Shown here one piece after another: positions 12,201 to 25,100 of a stretch of 64,000 nt of DNA. The DNA is from Camelus dromedarius (taxonomy: Eukaryota), in assembly GCF_036321535.1 (NCBI RefSeq), contig NC_087437.1, positions 58,592,001-58,656,000 of the forward strand. The letters run 5' to 3'. Each line of letters begins with the position of its first letter. Within the stretch, counting starts at the first letter, position 1. Under the pieces are notes generated by a model, which was not told the origin of the DNA, did no database searches, and worked only from the letters and a program-made list of their open reading frames with translations. A program made the translations under genes and the position numbers.

Positions 12201-12989
12201 TGTTACAAATGCCAGCATTGTTGGGGCCCGCTCTGGGAATCGCTCCCTGGCCCCCCTGCACACATATACACACACTCTGGAGCCTTAGCTCTTCCCTGCC
12301 AGGCTGCTCAGCCTGTGGGCAGGTGTTGCTGTTAGCACTCAGCTGCATTGCAATGGGGTGGTGGGTGACCCAGACAGCCTTTAATCTGATGGTGCTTCAA
12401 GAAATCTCAATTTCTTCTCTTCACTCACTTACCTGTATCTCAGGAGGATGCTGTTGGGAAAAATAGTCCCTCCTGAAGGAGCATTGATCTTTTAGAGCAA
12501 CATCATGAATTGGAAGCTCTAGAAGTAATTCTTGACAATGCCTTTCCAAGCACTAGGATTTTGCTTTGAGTCAATTATCTCTTCCAGGGGACTAATGGAA
12601 GAGCATTTTTCATGTAGTTCCTGGCTTGGGCTGCCATACACACCCCCGTCCCTGCTCCCAGCGACAGCTATTGCTGCCATTGTGGAAATAGGAATTTTAG
12701 GGGCTTTGAAGTAAAAGAGGGAGAAAATAATGAAAAGCCAAAACATCTTAGAGATATGACCACTGAGACCTGGAGTTCATCTACTTGGATATTTATTTAG
12801 ATTAACTCCTTTCTAAAATAAAAAAAATCATGTAACTTTTGATACTTAAAGGGCTATATTAGTGGAGGTTAGTGTGTTAATGTTGAAATGACATTTATTG
12901 AGCATTTACTCTATGGTCATTCCTAGGTTCTTTTTTCTTTCTTTCTTTTTTCTTTTTTTTTTTTTTTTTTGGGTTCTTCTCTCAATAAC

Positions 12990-14900
12990 ATGTTCATTCA
13001 GCAAATTTATTGAATGTCTGCTGTTTGTGAGGCATTGGGTTAGGCTTTAGAAATATGGTGGTAGGCAGAACAGACAGACAGGATCCTGGCCTTATGAAGA
13101 TGGCAGCTTACTGGTAGAGACAAATTTTAATCCAATAATTATAATACTAATACAAATTTTTTAAGCACTGAAGGAAAAGTAAAGGGAGCAAAGAACTGTA
13201 GCAGGTGGACCTGAATTAGAATGAAAGTTCAGGAAGAGGAGGGAATGCATGAGGTGGAACTGATTGTGACAGGAGTTAACAGGGGTAGCAGGAATTAAGT
13301 AGGTAGAAGAGTTTATCCAAGTACGGTAGATATCAACGCCCTGAGGTGGGAAGGAGCATGGTACAGTTGAGGAACTAGATGACAGCTGGTCTGGAAGGAG
13401 CTTGGATATGGGTTGGAGTGAGGCAGGGACCAGCCTACATAGGGCTTTATAGACCAGGAGTTTGGATTTGATTCTAAATGCATGGGAGACAGTTCTGCAG
13501 GTGAGTGCCAGTGATGAGACTTTCATTTCAGAGGAATGCTCTGGTTGTGCTGTGGAGAACATATTGCTACAGACTGTTGTAGCAGCCCAGGTAAGGAATA
13601 GTGGTAGTGGAGATGGGAGACGTGGAAGATTTGAGATCTATAATGAAAGCAGAAATAACAGAACTTGACCATGAGGGAGTTATCAGGAATGATCCCTAAC
13701 TTTGTTGCTTATGTAACTGGATGGATGTTCATGTCATTTCCTGACTAAGGAGTGCCAAGGGTCAGGGCTCCAGGAGGAAGGAGAAGGAGGGAGATCATGG
13801 TTTTGGACATCTTGAACTTGAGGTACTCTTTTGGTATCTTAAGTGCTGATGTTGAATAAGCAACTGGACACATGAACCTGGAATGTAACTATTTGTATTA
13901 GACATAAATTTGAGAGACATGGGTATGTAGATGGTCAGTGAGGAAACAGGCGAGGGTAAGATTGCCTGGGAAGAGTGTGTGTGCAGTGAGACGAGAAGTG
14001 CATTTAGATCTAAGCCAGTTGAACTCCCAACATTTACAAGGTAGTTGGGGAGGTAGTGACTGAAAAGGAGTAGCCAGTGAAGTAGAGTAAAACTAGAGTC
14101 TGCCCAAAGAAGAGGGAGTTCCAGCAGTGAGGAGCTGCCAGCATTGTCATACATTGCTGTGGGAGAGAAAACGAAAACTGAAAAAACAAATTCCCAGTAG
14201 AAGGCTTCGGGGCACTTGGTAAGAGCTGTTTCACTGAAGTGAGACAAGTGGAAATCAGGTTGGTGCGACTTTGAATAGAACAGAGAAGTGGACCTTTTTT
14301 TCTTTCTTTCTCTCTCCTTTAAGATGGCAAAGGCTTGATTGTGATCCCTGAAAAGGAAGGAGGAAAGAAAATTCTGAACAGAGTGATTTCCCCTTTAATG
14401 GGAGAAGGAGTAATTCCTGTAATCTAACAGGGATTGTGGGGCTAGTGGGGAGCTGGTAGAGGATGGATGTAGATGTGGTCAGTGGACAGCATGTTTCCTT
14501 CTTCTGATGGCTTCCATTTTCTTTGTGAAGTAGGGGCAGGGTTGTCTCCTGAGAGCTGAAGGAAGTTTGGAGGGATGTGGGAGGTTAGACGAGAGTGGAG
14601 AACACCTGCAATAGTCCTAGAAGAGAGTGAAAGAATGAATTGATGAAAGATGAGAAGCAAGATTGTCAGGCAGTCTTGAAGGCCTTGGTGAGATGCCTGT
14701 TCAGTTGGGTGTCGTTTTCTTCAGTAGTGCTTCATTCCCTTGGTACAGGCAGGGAGAAAAGTGATAAAATTCATTTAGGGTTTGTATTTTGACAAACAGG
14801 TGAAACAAGTCAGAGGGCAAAGGAGTCTATAGAGTATTTGTAAAAGAGTTATTTAAAATATGAACAGGAGAATTCTAAGGTGGGTAAGTGGGTAAATACC
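12990..14900 (-). mobile_element. Long degraded L2 LINE in intron 1
   Basis: L2 3' end ttcattcagcaaatttattgaatgtct at left, then typical L2 body (tttggatttgattctaaatg, ttttggacatcttgaacttgagg, ataaatttgagagacat). Explains the ORFs at 13161-14660. Confidence 0.75.
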
Positions 14901-15468
14901 TAAGATGGACACTAACAGATAAGGAGAAGAGTGAAGTCTCTCAGTGACTTGGTTGTCCCAGTAGGATCAAAGATGCTTATAGTGAAAGGAGATATGGTTT
15001 AAGAAAAGACACTTGAATTTGCAATTATTGTCAGTGACTCTCTGATACAGCCATTAGCCCATTTTAACATTCTGAGGTTTTGATGAGTTCATAATTTGCC
15101 CTTGATCACATAGCTAGTAAGCAGTGAAGCTGTGACTGGAACCAAAGGTTATCTAACTCAAAAGACTAGGTGGGTATAGGGAAAGAACTAAAAGAAGTTT
15201 GAGCTAAATGTTACGGACCCGTGAGCTATTCCCCCAGTTGGTTCAGCCCTTGAGTTTTTGTATCTGTAAGTGGTGATGTTCATCTTCCCTGGTAAAACCT
15301 CATGGCTACTACTGCTCTTTCTGTGCCTCTTGTGTTTGCTCTGTCACTCTGGTATCCACCTTTCTCTTTCCTTGCTCCTTGCTGCCACCCCACTGTAGTC
15401 TCATATCTGGGCAGCTGAAATAAGGTCACTTTCTGTCTTCCTTTCTGATCTACTTTTACCTAACATTG

Positions 15469-15862
15469 TGTCTTTGTCATTTCGGGCTGCTATGACAAAT
15501 CACCACGTACTGACTGGGTGGCTTAAACAACAAACATTATTTCTCACAGTTTTGGAGGCTAAGAAGTTTAAGATCAGAGTGCTGGCAGATTTGGTGTCTG
15601 ATGAGGACTCACTTCATGGTTTGCAGATGGCCATCCTTCTCTCTGTGTCCTCACGTGGCAGAGAGAGTGGTAGAGTTCTAAGCTCTTTATCTCCTTATAA
15701 GGGCACCAGTCCCATCACGGGGGCTCCACCCCATGACCACATACAAACCACTAAATTACCTCTGGGTGGCCTCACCTCTAAATACTGTCATGTTGGGGAG
15801 TAGACTTCCACACATTAATTATTTGGGGGGAGTAGGGGGTCACAAGTACTCAGTCTATAGCA
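15469..15862 (-). mobile_element. Complete solo MLT1A-like LTR (ERVL-MaLR)
   Basis: TG...CA termini, perfect 5-bp TSD CATTG (15464-15468 and 15863-15867), ggcttaaacaacaaacattatttctcacagttttggaggctaagaagt motif. Confidence 0.88.
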
Positions 15863-16784
15863 CATTGCCTTTAATATTTTCTTTCATTACTGTTTAATTA
15901 ATTTTATTCTACTCAGAAAGTCTCAGTGGCTCCCTATTGCCTACAAAGTAAAGCTGAAGCTCAACCTGATGTTCCATGTCTCCATAGTGAGCTTTTAGAC
16001 TCCTCTCCGATTTCCCCTCCCATAGCGAGCCTTCTCAGGCAGCTCATTGGGCCTCTTCCCATTTCATTGTTTCAGTTCCAAATCCCTCTCCCTATCTGAA
16101 ATGCCTTTTCCTATTTTTGACCCTTCAGTTCCCACCTAACTTAAGATTTACTTTTTCTTGGAAATTTGCGCTGACTACCTCATCCCCCAGGGATCGCTTT
16201 TATTCCTGTAAATCCTTGTACCATTTAACTGTCTCTACTGCTCCCTTGACATGGAGGCATTTGTTGTTTTACTAATTTTTATGTGTGTATAGTTGCTGGG
16301 ATGGAGCCCATTTAAAGCTAAAATGAGGACTTTTGCTCTTTATGTAGGCTGAGTTTGAGGCCATGAGAATTTAATTTCTTGATTAATAAAATTCTACTTA
16401 TTTTTATAAGATGCGGGAAATTATGATTTATCTTGGAAGCAGAGCTTAAAAAAAAAGTTTGGGATGTTTACCAAGTTGTAAAAAGAAGATAAATGTATTT
16501 GTGACCAGAAGTAACCTTTACCTGTAGAGTTACAAATCAGCTGTGTGCCTAAACTGGCAATGTGTATTTTCTCCTACAATTAAATCCTATTTCCCTCAGG
16601 TTTCCTGAGTTAGAAGGTTCCTACAGAGCCTTGAATCAGAGCCAGGTCCAGTGTCATCCCCCAGGGTTCCAGAGGAGGTGGCAGGTGCTCACAGTGCCAC
16701 CTCATCCTTTTACCTGGGGCCACACCTGGTTTTTGTGTCTACTGCTTCCCAGATCTTATCCACTGGCATCTGTCATGGAAAGAA

Positions 16785-16980
16785 TCTGGGCTCTACTGGC
16801 AGACTAACGTGAGGTTCCATCCCTCTTTCACTGTTCACTTGTCATTTTGCCTTAGGCAAGACACAGTTTAAAAAGGCAAATGGGTAAAATAAGGATACTT
16901 ACCTTACTGGGGCTTTTTGAGAGTTAACAGTAGCATTTGTGTAAACATCTAGCATATTGCCTGGCACTTAGATACTCCCT
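16785..16980 (+). mobile_element. MIR SINE
   Basis: Degraded MIR core and tail (ccttaggcaag..., catctagcatattgcctggcac). Confidence 0.55.
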
Positions 16981-17440
16981 CTCCCCTACTGTCTTTCTTT
17001 ACAGCATTGTTTCTGTGTTCCTTGATTCCTTTTTCTTAAGATATTTCTATTCCCCTGTGATTAAAGGAATTAATAGTTTAAAACTCTTTAGAATGGGGCC
17101 TGGCCCACAGTAAGCACTGTGACTATGTGTTGAATAAGATAATTAAGTTATGGTTGTTGGTAGGAGGCTTTCATTCTCTGCCAGGAAGGACAAGAGGGAA
17201 GAGCTTAGACAGTAACATGTATATTTAGATTCTTTTCTCTTTGGAATGTTTTCTTTTTCCTTTTTCTGGGGAACCAGGTACCTGAGGTATCAGTGATTTT
17301 TCCATAATTTCCATCCCTCAGCTGTCTCAGGATTGTGAGACTTAGATGAGAGGGCAAAGAATAGCTGTTCTAAGCTGTTGGAATTTTTGTACTTGAAAGC
17401 AAAAGTTTGCTTATTTCCTTTGAATTATTTCCCTGTCTGA

Positions 17441-17848
<408 letters not shown>

Positions 17849-18435
17849 TAGCGTATATCATTTTCCTTTAGTGCAGTAGAATACAATTAGATGTTTTCTG
17901 AGTGTCTACCGTGTGCTGAATTGTTTTACTGGTGCTAATAGGAAAATGCTCTCTGACTGTTACTTACTATAGGAGATGCAAATGGCCTAGCGGAAGGAGC
18001 TCTGAGCTGGGAGTAAGCACACTTAGGTTTGAGTTTCGGTTTTGCCATTTAGTAGCACAGGCAGGGAAGTAAGTGGCATGTTCATGCAACCACTTCTTGG
18101 CAGCTCTGGGACCAGAGGCAAGATGTCCTGACCCCTGGTTTGTCTTGCTTCTATTCCTCAGTGTTTAAAGCCAAATCATGAAACCTGTTTGAAACAGGAA
18201 TATATTTTGAATTTTTACACTGTCTATATTTAGTAAAGCAACATTTACATGTTTTATGTGGTTGTCTGCTAATTTATTTTTAGAAGAGCTGAGGCCACTT
18301 TGTTCTAAAAATTTTGAACATAATACATCACTCTTAGTAGATTAGTGTGTTTTAACTAAATAAATTTAAGTACTTTTTCTTTGTATTTTGTGTGGTATTC
18401 AGAGCATTTGATTAACATGCTTTTTTATCTTTTAG

Positions 18436-18546
<111 letters not shown>

Positions 18547-19361
18547 TAAAATACTTTTATTCGTCTTATCTTTAGAAAAGAGAGAGTTTCTTAACTCATA
18601 AGTTCAAGGTGTAGCAGTTTTATTTTAATGATAAAATTAATAGAGAAAAAATTGGTAAGAAAAAAAATTATCCCTTAGTTCATCACTTTAACACAGCTGC
18701 CATTATCCTTAAGAAACAGTTTCTTTTCATTGTACCTATTTTGTGTATGTGGTTATTATTTTCGTTTCCTTTTTAAAAAGTATATAGTCATAGTGAACAC
18801 ACACTTTGCTCTCTTTTCTTTTGCTACCTTCCACATTTGTCAGCATTTTCCATACTGCCAAGCCACCTTCTTGAACATCATTTTCAGTGTTGTATGTTAC
18901 GCAGAACAGATGTACTGTACCCTACCTAATTAACCCTCTTTGACTGGATATCTTAGTTATCTGTACTTCTTGTAACCAGATTCCTTACAAGACTGCTGGT
19001 GTCCAGAGTAACTTCTCCTGTTAGTCAGCCATTGTTCCCCTTTTCTAATAACAGAAGAGAAAAAAGTATATTTGATAGTTGTGATTGCCAGTAAGTCATG
19101 GTGATCTTTTAAAAAAAATTTTTTTTTTCCTGATGAAATGATTTTTGTCAAGTCTCTTATTTAGGCTTTGTGTTGGCTTTTTTAGATTTTAGCTTAGGTG
19201 TATATGGGGGTGGATTTAATCTCTGCATGCACTATTCACAGCACTTTCTTAAAGATAAAACTGCTGCCTTGACAAAGATATTTGCAGGAAAAGCACTCTT
19301 TGAAATTATTTTTCTAACATTTATGAGGAGAGCTTTTTAACTTGATACATTCGCCAGTACC

Positions 19362-19570
19362 ACAGAACAGTGGCTGAGAGCCTGAATTCTGAAGCTGGCC
19401 TGCCTAGGCTTAAACCTGACCCTGCACTTTGTTCTGTGCTCCGATCCTGTTACTCACCCCCTGTGCCCCATTCCTCATCTGTAAAGTGGGCTCGATGATA
19501 ACTGTTTTGTAGGATTGCCTTGAAGATTAAACGAGTTAATGCTTTTAAAGCACTTAGAATAAAATCTGAT
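19362..19570 (+). mobile_element. MIR SINE immediately upstream of pseudo-exon 4
   Basis: cagtggctgagagc...ttcctcatctgtaaagtggg...gaagattaaacgagttaat...aaagcacttagaa. Confidence 0.75.
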
Positions 19571-19574
19571 ACAT

Positions 19575-19731
19575 ATTCTTATTTTGAGAAACTTTGTGTG
19601 TTTTGTCTTTTCCAGAGAAAATTAGAAAAGCCCTTCCTAGTTTAGAAGACACATAAAGTTGTACCAAACTTTGACAAAATTGTTGAGTATTTATAAATGA
19701 AAGTACTTAGTCACTTTATAGATAAAGCTAG
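19575..19731 (+). pseudogene. Decayed partial tandem duplicate of OPA1 exon 4 with flanking intron (pseudo-exon 4)
   Basis: 19611-19650 matches 20244-20283 at 37/40 nt. In-frame TAA at 19654-19656 with a net 2-nt loss. 19692-19731 resembles intron 4 at 20448-20482. Confidence 0.9.
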
Positions 19732-20248
19732 CAAAAGTAAGGGCTTGTCTTGGGCTTGTAGACAGCTTTTTATGTTTTGAAATGGTAACAAGTGTGAATC
19801 TTCTTAGGGAATATGAAAGGAGAGAGGAAAGTAACGGAAATCTGTTCTTGGACTTGAACTGGGATTTCATCACTTTTTTTTTGTATTCAGGCAAGGTGCT
19901 ACAAATGATTTTTTTTTCTTTGCCTCTTTGCTATGACTTCCAAAAGGTACTTCTATACACCAATCCAGTGTTAACATTAATACAGTGCTTCTGTCCCAAG
20001 GCATTTAACTTATAAATTAAAGATACTCCTCTAAGCCATATGTTTGGTGAATATTTTTTAAAAATTTTCATGGCCTGCAGAATATCACTAGAATAACACA
20101 TTGTTTCAGATATATGTAGCAGTTGTAGTTGTAATGGAGAAAAATGGAAAAAAAATTTTTATTTAAATTTATATGTGGTTATTTAAATTGTATGTTTTAA
20201 TAATCAAATTCTTAATTTTGAGAGTATGTATTTTTTTCTTTTCTCCAG

Positions 20249-20356
20249 AGAAGATTAGAAAAGCCCTTCCTAATTCAGAAGACCTTGCAAAATTGGCACC
20301 TGACTTTGACAAGATTGCAGAAAGCCTCAGCTTATTGAAGGACTTTTTCACCACAG
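20249..20356 (+). CDS. OPA1: OPA1 exon 4 (108 nt, alternatively spliced)
   Basis: ttctccag|[38 protein letters not shown]; donor CAG|GTAAGG. Confidence 0.97.
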
Positions 20357-20858
20357 GTAAGGAAGGACTTGTGTTTGATCTCGTTTAAAATGTCAGAAAA
20401 CACAGAGGAAAAATACTTAAGATGTATTCATTTGTTTATTACCATGTTTTAAATGAAAACATTTAGTACAAATAAAGACTAGGTTTTTGGAAAAAGAAGA
20501 TACACACAAAATTTTGTTGCTCACTGGTTTTAATTTTTGTTTGGCCAAACAAAATGAAAATTTGCAAGAACTTAAACATGCTTGGCTTTAGTCAGTGAAA
20601 AAAAATAGCATTTGTTCTTGACAAGTAGGTGAGACTTCCTGTGTGTTTACTTTTCCTAATTGGTTAGAGCCAATTTGGTGATTTTAAAACAAATTTAATT
20701 ATAGTAGACCATAATGAACAGAATTTACTAAGGTTAATCCAGGTGTATTTGCCCAATTCTGCCCTATCATGCTATAAATCTGAGGTCTCAGACATCTTTG
20801 TTTGCTCATTCCTGTTAAATTTTACATTTCTATTTCCCCCTTTGCTGATTTTTCACAG

Positions 20859-20912
20859 GTCACAAATTGGTTAGTGAAGTCATAGAAGCTTCTGACCTAC
20901 TTCTCTTGTTAG
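20859..20912 (+). CDS. OPA1: OPA1 exon 4b (54 nt, alternatively spliced, hydrophobic)
   Basis: tttcacag|GT; GHKLVSEVIEASDLLLLL; donor TAG|GTGTGT; symmetric phase 1. Confidence 0.95.
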
Positions 20913-21593
20913 GTGTGTAAACAGATATTTTTGCTGACCTTAACATGCCTTTTAAATGCTTCTAATAAACTAGTTGCAAATAAAATTGCAGACCAGATAT
21001 ATAATGCTGCTTATGCTGAATTTTAAAATGCCAGAATTATATTGGGCAAATTCATTATCCTTTAGGTGGAAATAATAAAGTAATTATTTTTTGGTAAAAC
21101 TAAAATTCCTAGATATGTATCTATATTATAAGAGTAAAGCTATTACAAAGAAAGTTTGCTTAACCAAAATATTTTCTTGAAACTGATCTGATTGTTTCTG
21201 ACAATTGAAACGAAAAGTCATTTTAGTTTGTCTCATCTGTCCTGTCACAGTTGACATTTTAAATTTAACTTTTTTACTGTATGTGGTCTGTAAATGGCAG
21301 TTGTGTAAGGCCAAACTGTAAGTACTCTCATGTAAAATAATCCTTATCAAAGATTGTCTTATTTTTATTGTAATTTTCAGTGATATTTTAAACAATCAGT
21401 TAAACACATCCTATAATATTTTTGAACTTTTTTCCTTAGGTTTCCTTTATTTCTTAAAATAAGAATAGTTTCCCAAAAAGTGATGTTTCCTCTAGAAATA
21501 CATTTACTTTTCAACTGACTAAACATAATTTGGAATTTAGTTTAGCCTATCGACATCACTGGAGAATTAAAGGATCGCATATTTATCTTTAAG

Positions 21594-21661
21594 GTTCACC
21601 TGGAGAAACGGCATTTAGAGCAACAGATCCTGGATCTGAAAGTGACAAGCGTTATAAAAAG
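21594..21661 (+). CDS. OPA1: OPA1 exon 5 (68 nt); carries the OMA1 S1 cleavage site (FR|AT)
   Basis: ctttaag|GT; GSPGETAFRATDPGSESDKRYKK; ends at non-canonical donor AAG|GCAAGT. Confidence 0.95.
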
Positions 21662-21869
21662 GCAAGTGTAAGGGAGCATTCTTCACATAGATAGTCTGGA
21701 AAGATTTTAAAAAGTTTTTATCTGCCTGGAAGATTTGAAAATGGTAACATCTGAGGAGCAAATATACAAGCATCCTACAAAGGTATTGTTATTAATCTTG
21801 GTATAAAATGCAGCGTATTATGTAACAGTTCTGGAAATATAATGGGAGGAGCCCATTTCCCTCAAACGT

Positions 21870-22140
21870 GTCTGTGAAGCATTAGTTTCAGGGATTGTCC
21901 TCAACAAAGGGTTTTGTTGTTAAATATATGTGGGGGAAAGCTGGTATAAGTAAAACAAATCAGGCTTCTTTTCTTTTCCCTGGAATTTCTCAGACCTTTA
22001 TATACCCGTGTGCATTGTGAATCTCTAAGATAAGTCAGAGTATGCAGGGTTTTCCAGATTTGTTTAACAACAGAACCCCTTTTCCGTGAAATATCATCTA
22101 GGAACTAATATTTCATGACATACATTCAGGGGAAATATTA
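21870..22140. mobile_element. Degraded hAT-Charlie (MER113-like) element
   Basis: tttctcagaccttta...tgtgcattgtgaatctctaaga...cagggtttccagatttgttt; recognised by eye only. Confidence 0.4.
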
Positions 22141-25100
22141 AGGGAATAGCAAGTTCGTTACAGTGATGAGGATAATAGTAGATAAATAGATTTCTGTTAC
22201 ATTGGTAGTCAACAGAATTATGTATGGGGTTATTTAGGATATGTTAATTTCAATACATGTAATAAAATCCTTATGAAAGTTTTAGGAGAATTGCTGACAT
22301 TTTCTTTTGGAATTGGTAAGATAACTGCTTCCTTGGAATTTTTTAAAAAATTAATACCTAGATAGACAGATATCTGGGAAAAATATTCTATGAACATTTT
22401 AAAATTAAATACTGAGAGTTTTTACGATTTTAATACATTGAAGTAAATAGTTCATTTGGGAAGCAGGAGGAAAATAATTCCTATGTGTAGGTTTCCATCT
22501 TGTTTCCTGTCCTTCAACTTTGAACTTTTTACATGATGTTCCAGGTTTGAATTATATTTTCAAAAGATTTTTTCTTTCGTCTTTTAACTTGATCTTTTGG
22601 AGAAAACATTTCAAAATGTGTGTATATGTGTGCATGTGTATTTTAACTTTTAATTTGATCATTTTTGATACCTTTTCCATTGGCATTATTTTAACCAAGT
22701 GACCCCCTTGACTATACCTGCTGGGGAGAAAAATTTGAATAAAAATTAACCTATGATGCACAGCTTATTTTGAGCCTACACCTTGGCCCTTAATGCAGAT
22801 AGAGTTATTGTGCAGAGAGGAGCTAATCTATCTGGGGTGAAGGAGGCTCTGTTAAGGAATGGAAGTGTGGTTTTCAAGTGACAAGATTTCTTGTTGCCTA
22901 GATCAGTTAGGGGAGGCCTGCATCTCTGTTCTTTTCTGTTATGGCCTAGGATTGCTTTGGTAAAGGAGAAACCTGTTTAGGGCTGACTTGGATAATTCCC
23001 TTAAAATCCTGCCAGGGTGATAAATGAGTAATAATTGATAAATGATTAGGAGCTCTGCAATATAGAAGAAACAAGAGACTGGATCTTTGGGAATTTGTAT
23101 GGATTTCATTTTATGCAATAGGCTTCAAAGCAAATGTATTGCTTTATTTTATAATTTACTTTGCTTGAAGATAAATGCTCTTGTAGACTATTTCTTTTTA
23201 ACTTTTTGCATAGCTTATGGTGGTTATCTTACCCATTAAAAACTTACCAGTTATTTCCAACTATTTGTTCAAATGCTAAATCTAGAGTTCTAATTAAGCT
23301 GTTCTCATTATAGGCGAAATCAAATAGTATTAAATGTTAGTATAAATATTTACTATACAGAAGAAGTATTTTCAGCCTCAATTAGTGGTTTTGAATTCTG
23401 TTAATATGCAGCATTATGTTTTCAAAGCTTGACTATTACCTGTGATATTTGAAAATACTGAACTGCTCAGATAAGATGGAAATAAACTGATTTTAAGAGA
23501 CTTGTTTATCAATTGGTGGTTGAATGTAAGCATGGAAAGGGAGACCTTAGCAGAAGCCTTTTTGAAATTACTCTAAAACTCAATAGGCAATCAGGTGGTA
23601 TGGTGTTCAGAGTTTGAAGCAGTCATGTCTCAGCTTAAAGACTGTCTGGTTTGTACCAAAGTTTCTGGCTAGACTTCAGGTAGAAATGTAAAAGTAAATG
23701 TGAATCAGATTCTTTTAAAAAGTAGTGATAAATTAAACACATTTTTACAACTGGAACTAAAAAAAGATTTGTTCTTTCTAATAAGAGAACACATCTGGAG
23801 AAGTGTTAGCGTGTCAAGGGATAGTTAGGAGCCTTTCAAAGTCAACTGAAGTGAAAGTGACAGGGAACTGAGGGAACATAGATGTCAGATTGACCTGAGT
23901 TAGACAGAATGAACAGCATGATGGACAGATTACCTGTGGTTCCCAATCTGGGGTCACTAGACTTTGGGTCTTCTGCAACGTTGTAATTGAGTTCTTCAAA
24001 GAGTCAAAAAAGCATGTATTCCCACATACTGCTGCCCAGGCTAATGAAACATCCAGTTTCTTTGATTTTGCCTGGATTTATATTCATTCAGTTTGTGGAC
24101 ACTAGTTATGTTATGTTGATCAAAAGTTCTGATTTTATTTTTGAGAAATAAAGGAAAAATAAATAATGGAAAAATACTGAAACATTTTTTTAATAACTGC
24201 TTTTAATCAAAAATTTGAAAACTTGTGTCCACTGTAGAAAAATATTAGAGCCCTTACTGTGAAATGAATAATGTTCTTGAGTCTTGATAATAATATTCAG
24301 GAGACCTAAAGAACTACCTGAAGATGAATTAGGAATTGGAGTGGCGAGCCTTTTTTAGTGAATTAATGGACTAATCTGGTTTGTAAATCAGCAAATTTCT
24401 GTATATTGGTCATAATACATGTAGATGACAGGACCAGTTAGTGTATCTTCTCTTTTTAGATTTAGAAAGATTGTTGTGTTTTAGTGAAAATTAACTTGCT
24501 AATTGAGACATTTTATTATTTGTACTTTTGCTCTATGATGTTTCTGATTGGTCATAAACATATCACAGAAGTAAGGAATATTGTCTTTTGGAAGGTTACA
24601 AGCACATTTATAATTAATAGAAAATATTTGGAGGATCTTTTAAAAGTCCAGATCATAAAAATGGTATTACTGTTTTAAATATTATTAACAGTAATTCTCT
24701 TCCATTCCGTGTGTTACTCTAATTCTTATTTGTGTGGCTTTACTTATTTTGTACCTCCCAGCTGAAATAATCTCTTTTCCCTTTTCTTTGCCTAATTTTC
24801 ACTCATCTTCAAAGCCCAGTTCATTTGTCACTTTCATGAAGCCTTCCATAACTATTTTAGTCCCACTAATTTTACTCTTAATGTTTAAAACATTTGACAG
24901 ATGAAACACCATTTACTTTGGCTTTCATTCTTAATATTTAATGGGCTATTTCTGTCACAAAATCTCTGTACTCAGAGCACCTAGGATAATGCTGAATTCT
25001 TAACAAAATTCCTTGATTGATTTAACTCAGTAAAAGAGAGGCTAACTTAAAGTAAGTGAATTTGATTAATGCTAACAAGAATGGGCCCAAAGATTTTATA

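Noticed and set aside
11250..12750. T-rich region resembling very old antisense L1 with an embedded Charlie-type element
   Set aside because: Too degraded to assign family or boundaries by eye.
13161..14660. Cluster of longer minus-strand ORFs (133 and 150 aa)
   Set aside because: They lie in a degraded L2 element; no intact reverse-transcriptase motifs are visible.
16560..16700. Acceptor-like cctatttccctcag|G at about 16599 in intron 1
   Set aside because: No convincing donor at exon-like distance; isolated pseudo-acceptors are frequent.
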